Shown here: piece by piece, positions 58,551 through 64,000 of the stretch
Position numbering within the stretch: position 1 is the stretch's first letter
Layout: each line of letters starts with the position of its first letter
Source of the DNA: Heterodontus francisci
Lineage: Eukaryota
Length of the DNA: 64,000 nucleotides
Direction: 5' to 3'
Assembly (NCBI RefSeq): GCF_036365525.1
Contig: NC_090416.1
Coordinates: 13,630,323-13,694,322 of the forward strand
Made by a program: the position numbers and the translations under genes
The notes under the pieces: model-generated
The model's database searches: none
The model's input: the letters and a program-made list of their open reading frames with translations, nothing else
What the model was told of the DNA's origin: nothing

Positions 58551-61500
58551 GTGAGCAACTATACAGACAGGGGAAGGGGGGAGGCCAGGAGAATTTTGCG
58601 TTTGAACTGCGTGGAAGAGAGTGCAGTTTGGGCTGTAGGCGTCCCACACCCTAAATGCTGGCACGTCCTTTCTCTTTGTCAGATGCGGCTCTCGTAGAGA
58701 AAAACTGGTCGAGTCTCGGTCAACCCGAGTCGGCCTCTGCTAGTGGCTGCAGAACCAGAGGTACCAGAATTACTGGTTGGGTGATTCAGTGCCTCTCCCA
58801 ACCCCCAAAAGAGGGTCATGCTGTGAATCTCCTCTGTCTCTTCGAAGCATCACAGGAGCCATTCGACCCATCACGCCTGTGCTGGCTCTTTGGCAGAGCA
58901 CGTGTGGCGGGACCCTGCTGCCGCTGGAAACAGTTCCTCTTGATTTACTCGGCGAAAACCTCCCTCAAATCTCCCATTAACCACCTCTGCTGTAAGGAGA
59001 ACAATCTTCTCCAGTCTCTCTCTTTCCACATTAACTGAAGCCCCTCATCCCTGGGAACATTCTCGTAAATCTTCTACACCCTCTCCCAGGCCTTGACATC
59101 TTCCCTAAAGTGCGGTGCCCAGGATTGGACGCAACACTCCCGCCTAACCAAAGGTTTGGTGATGACTTTTCTTGGTTTCGTACTCTGTGCCTCTATTTGG
59201 AAGGTTTGCCTTGCCTGTTACACAATCCGCTGCGCTGTAAACTTCCAACACTCTCCTGGTTTTCTCGGTGCGTCCCTTTCTCGCTCCCCCGGTTGTGGGT
59301 TAGTTCTGTTCTTATTGCCTTGTTGAAGAATTCTATACGTGAGAAGGGTTCACCTTGAGGTGAACATGGTTCACTTAACTCTGACAAGCAGCTGAAACAT
59401 AAAGAAAGACCCGCATTTATATCTCAACTTCCGTGATGTCAGGACGCCCAAGTACTTTACAGCCAATGACGTGCTTTGACATAACGTAGGCAGCACGGCA
59501 GCCAATTTGCGCACAGTAAGCTCCCACAAACGGCAGTGTGACGACGATCCTTTTTATTGATGTCGGTCGAGTGATAAACGTTGACCCGAGGGAGAATTCT
59601 CTCCCCTCCCCCCCGCCCGCCCCAACTCTTCTTGCAAGTAGTGGCCATTGGATCTTTTACATCCCCCACCCACCCCGACACGCAGTGGGCGGTTTTCTCC
59701 CCCTCCCTGTGAATGTGTAGGATCTTTCTCGGAGCGCAGGTGGCCCAGCCGGGGCGGGAGGGGAGGGTGAGTCAGAAGGGTACGGACTGAAAATCTGATT
59801 AATTACAAGCAAGGCTAAATCGGCTGACCCTGCCTGCTTCAGGTGTGTCGTTGAATGATTGTATATGGCACACCCACTCCAGGCACTGAGAAGTAGAGAG
59901 AGAGAGAGACAGAGCAGCGTCAGCAGACTTTGCCTCACACAGACCACAGAGGGAAAGCAGACAGCCCACACTAACCCAGTTCCCAGGTAAGGCTGTACAC
60001 ATTCTTGTCAATTCCCCAGGCTCCCCCAGGAGCTAGTGTCATTCTAACGCGCTTAGAAGGGTGAGTTAGCTGCTGAAACGTCTCTGTACTGTTTCAAAAG
60101 CTTTAGCATTTCCAGGTCCTTCTCTGTAGTGTAGAGGGGTTCATTTCTCCCTTTTAGCTAAGGCCCAAAGCTCTGGAATTCCCTCCCTCTGCCTCTTGAG
60201 GTGCCCTCTTGCGGGAAACCTTTGCTCGCCTGTCCAACGTCTCCTTTGCGTATCATTTTCGTTGGCTTGCGGGCTCGAACCCACAGTCTTCGGACTCTGA
60301 GGCTGAGCCGCAGTTGGAGGACGCTGAGTGGCAATCCTGGTCTTCCCTGGCGCGCACACGGAGGGGGGGGGGGGGTGGAAATGTGAAAAAAGAGGTACGC
60401 CTTGGTTTAACCAGTTCCCAACTCGAACCCTGTGCGTCCTTCGTAACCCGGCACACGAGCTGTGGTGGGCTTGGAGGAGACGGCAGCTGAAAATGTCCCT
60501 GAATGGGCGCGCGGCAGAGAGTTCACGATCTACTTCGCAAGGTAAAAGACTTGCATCTCTATAGCGCCTTACGCCATCTCGGGATGCTCCAAAAAGTGAC
60601 ACGAGGAAAAACTTTATCTCGCAGCGAGGGTTTAAAGGTCTGGCGTGCGCTGCCTGAGAGTGCGGTGGAGGCAGGTTCGACTGGAGCGTTTGAAAGGGAG
60701 TTAGACTGTTATAGGAAGAATGTGCAGGGTTATGGGGGGGGTGGGGGGTGGAGAAGTGGCACAAATTGAATTGCTCTTTCGGAGAGCCAGTGCGGACACG
60801 ATGGGCCGAATGGACTCTGTCTGCACTGTAACAGTTCTGCGATTCTGGAAATGCAGCGGCCAAGCAAGATCCCCCCCCCCCCCCACACCCAGCATTGTGA
60901 TAATCTTGGGGTGTTTTTTTTTAAGTGATGTTGGTTGAGGGATACATATTGGGGTGAACCCGTCCCCCCCAATCTCCAGTAGTGCCCGTGGGATCTTTTT
61001 TGAACGTGAATTCTGCAAGGGTCTGACTGTGGGCCCCCCTGGTTCATTCTCGCAGTCTTGTTTTCCCCCTCTCTCTCTCGGGACATGCTGCTGCTTCAGG
61101 TGAGTGAGATGCAGGTGCGGTCGGTTGTCGCACAGTGACATTCCTGGCCTGGGTGCGGTTCTTGTTCGGCAACCTGCCTGTCTTGCCTGCGTGGCTCTCT
61201 CTCTCTCTACACAAGAGTGTGAGGGCTGAAGGAGGGGGGGGGGGGGAAGCAAGAATAGGGAGTGCGGAGCGATCAGAGATAAGGTAGGGGAGCCGAAAGA
61301 TTGCGAGAGACACCGTAAACGTGACTAGCGAGCGCCCGCAAGCAGCAATGAGATGATGTGCAGATAATCTGTTTCCGTGATGTTGGTTGTGGAATAAATA
61401 ATGAACCAGGGCTTCAGGGAGATCCCACATGCCCCAACTACCCGCACCTCTTGGGGAAAAGTGACAGTGGCAGCTTTTACATCCTCCCGCGTGAGGCTCA

Positions 61501-61749
61501 CAAGGCCTCGGTTTAACGTCTCATCCGAGAGGCGGCACCTCGGACAGTGCAGCACTCCCTCAGTACTGGCACTTGGGAGAGTCGGGCCTGGATTTGTGCT
61601 CGGGTCTCGGGAGTGAGGGGCGCGAACCCACGGCCTCCTGACTCAGAGGCGAGGGATAAACCCCCACCAATGGATCACGGCAACGCCCTCTCTCTTGGCT
61701 GTTGTGGCAAACGCGGCAGCCCACTTGAGCACAGCAAGATCCCACAAAC

Positions 61750-63000
61750 ACAAGAAATAGGAGCATTCGGCCCCTCGAGCCTGCTCCGCCATTCAATACA
61801 ATCATGGCTGACCTTGGGCTTCAATTCCACTTTCCTGCCCACTCCACATATCCCTTGATTCCCTGCGAGACCAAAAATCGATCCATCCCAGCCTTAAATA
61901 TATTCAATGATGGAGCATCCACAACCCTCTGGGATAGAGAATTCCGAAGATTCACAACCCCCCCGAGTCAAGTAATTTCTCATCATCTCAGTCCTGAATG
62001 TTTGACCCCTTATCCCGAGACTGTGTCCCCGTGTTCGAGATTCCCTAACCAGTGGGAACAATCTCTCAGCTTCTACCCTATCAAACCCTTTCAGAATCTT
62101 GTATGTCTCAATTCGATCACCTCTCATTCTCCTAAACTCCAGAGAATATCGGCCCAATTTACTCAGCCTCTCATTACAGGACAACCCCCCTCATTCCAGG
62201 GACCAATTTAGTAAATCTTCACTGCAATGCCTCCAGTGCAAGTATATCCCTCCTTAAATGCGGAGACCAAGACTGCACACAGTATTCCAGGTGCAGTCTC
62301 ACTAAAGCCCTGTACAATTTTCTTAAGACTTCTTTATTCCTAAAACTCCAATCCCCTTGCAATAAAGGCCAGCATGCCATTTCCCTTCCGAATAGCCAGC
62401 TGCACCTACATGTTAACTTTGTGCGTTCCTCGTACGAGTACCCCCAAGTCTCTCTGAACATCAACACTTAACAGTTTCACACCTTTTCAAAAAAAAAAAT
62501 TCTACTTTTCTATTTTTACGACCAAACTTCACACTTATACTCCATCTGCCATCTTGTTGCTCATTCACTTAACCTGTTTACATCCCTTTTCAGCCTCTCT
62601 GCATCCTCCCCGCAGCTTACCTTTCCACCGAGCTTTGTATCATCAGCAAACTTAGATACATTACTCTCTGTCTCTTCATCCAAGTCATTAATATAGAGTG
62701 TAAATAGCTGAGGGCACAACACTGATCCTTGCAGAACCCCACTATTCACTGCCTGCCAACGTGAAAATGACCCATTTCTGCCCACTCTCAGCTTCCTGTC
62801 TGTTAGCCAATCCTCTATCCCCCAACACCATGAGCCCTTCTCTTGCCTATTAATCTTTTGTGTGGCACCTTATCGAATGCCTTTTGGAAATCCAAGTATA
62901 CTGCATCTACTGGTTCCCCTTGATCTACCCTACTCGTTACACCCTCAAAAAAAAAACTCTAATGAATTTGTCAAACAGGATCTCCCTTCAGTAAAACACG
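61750..63000 (-). mobile_element. CR1 LINE fragment
   Basis: SGVLQGSVLCPQLF...FADDTKLGG and LYRALVRLHLEYC peptides. Confidence 0.9.
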
Positions 63001-63747
63001 GTGAGCAGATCATCTGGGTTTTATTTTTGTTAATACTGGATGAATCAGTGGAGATACCGGGCAAGCATTGCAATGAGTTTCAACCACTCCTGCGATGCTG
63101 GGCCTGACCCAGTGACTCACTGCTGCTCCCAGTATTGTTACTGTGACACAAGCCACTCCTGTCATTATAATCCAAGGCAGGTAGCTTCCACCTGCATCAT
63201 CTGTAGCAATATAAAGTCTTGCATTTCTATAGAGCCTTTCATGACCTAAGGATGTCCCAAAGCACTTTGGTGAAGTAATTTTTGAAGTGTGGGTCACTGT
63301 TGGAATGCAGGAAACGCGGCAGCCAATTTGCGCACAGCAAGATCTCACAAGCAGCAATGTGATGATGACCAGGCTCATCTGTTTTGTCAGCGATTGTTGG
63401 TTGAGGGATAAATATTAGCCCCCAGGACCCTGGGGTGAACTCGCCTCCACCCCCACCCCCCCCCCCCCTTCGCCACCAAGCCCTTCTTCAAAACTTTCTT
63501 TCACATCCGCCTGAGGGGGCAGACGGGGGGGCCTCGGTTTAACACTGGCCGAAATTGGCTCCCGGTTAAGCATTTTTAAAATTCCCATTCTTGGTTTCAC
63601 AGCCCTTCGTGGCCACACAACCCCCTCCTTCCCTCCCCTCCTCTCCAGCCCCGACAACCCTCCGAGATCTCTGCGCTCCTCCAATTCCGGCCTCTTGCCC
63701 ATCCCCGCCCCCCACCGATTCCCATCGCTCCACCATTGGCGGCCGTG

Positions 63748-64000
63748 CGACAGTGCAGCACTCCCTCTCCACTGCCCCTCTGACAGTGCAGCACTCCCTC
63801 TCCACTGCCCCTCTGACAGTGCAGCACTCCCTCTCCACTGCCCCTCTGACAGTGCAGCACTCCCTCTCCACTGCCCCTCTGACAGTGCAGCACTCCCTCT
63901 CCACTGCCCCTCTGACAGTGCAGCACTCCCTCTCCACTGCCCCTCTGACAGTGCAGCACTCCCTCTCCACTGCCCCTCTGACAGTGCAGCACTCCCTCTC
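63748..64000 (+). repeat. 33-bp tandem repeat (gacagtgcagcactccctctccactgcccctct), more than 7 copies, continues past the window
   Basis: Read directly; the unit resembles the cagtgcagcactccctc segment of the local SINE family. Confidence 0.95.

Noticed and set aside
63040-63249. Cys-rich + strand ORF
   Set aside because: No recognisable domain or good acceptor, and its 3' part runs into a SINE; the minus-strand reading looks more exon-like.
63566-63992. Repetitive ORFs (ERECCTVRGAV)n
   Set aside because: Translation of the 33-bp tandem repeat.

Overview
Vertebrate genomic DNA; the repeat content (HE1/V-SINE-like and Deu-domain SINEs, CR1, L2, RTE) points to a cartilaginous fish, probably a shark. 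Three + strand multi-exon genes were rebuilt by hand from splice sites and reading-frame phases. (1) The 3' part of UBAP2L: 15 coding exons at 191-28945, AATAAA at 29736. (2) A complete-looking pro-interleukin-16-like gene of ~695 aa (likely ATG 34911, stop 40924), with a long disordered N-terminus and two C-terminal PDZ domains. It lies between UBAP2L and HAX1, which are direct neighbours in human. (3) HAX1 (44267-53565), whose exon 2 is missing, probably in the 200-N gap behind a 5.1-kb CT-rich array, and whose exon 5 has an apparent 1-nt frameshift. The most interesting observations are the IL16 paralogue at the 1q21-like locus, an extra HAX1 segment that aligns by eye with MLF1/MLF2, a densely structured snoRNA/scaRNA-like stretch in a UBAP2L intron, a LINE carrying a tRNA-like head together with its matching SINE, and an inverted duplication around the putative IL16-like promoter. 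Homology calls rest on remembered sequences; no searches were run.
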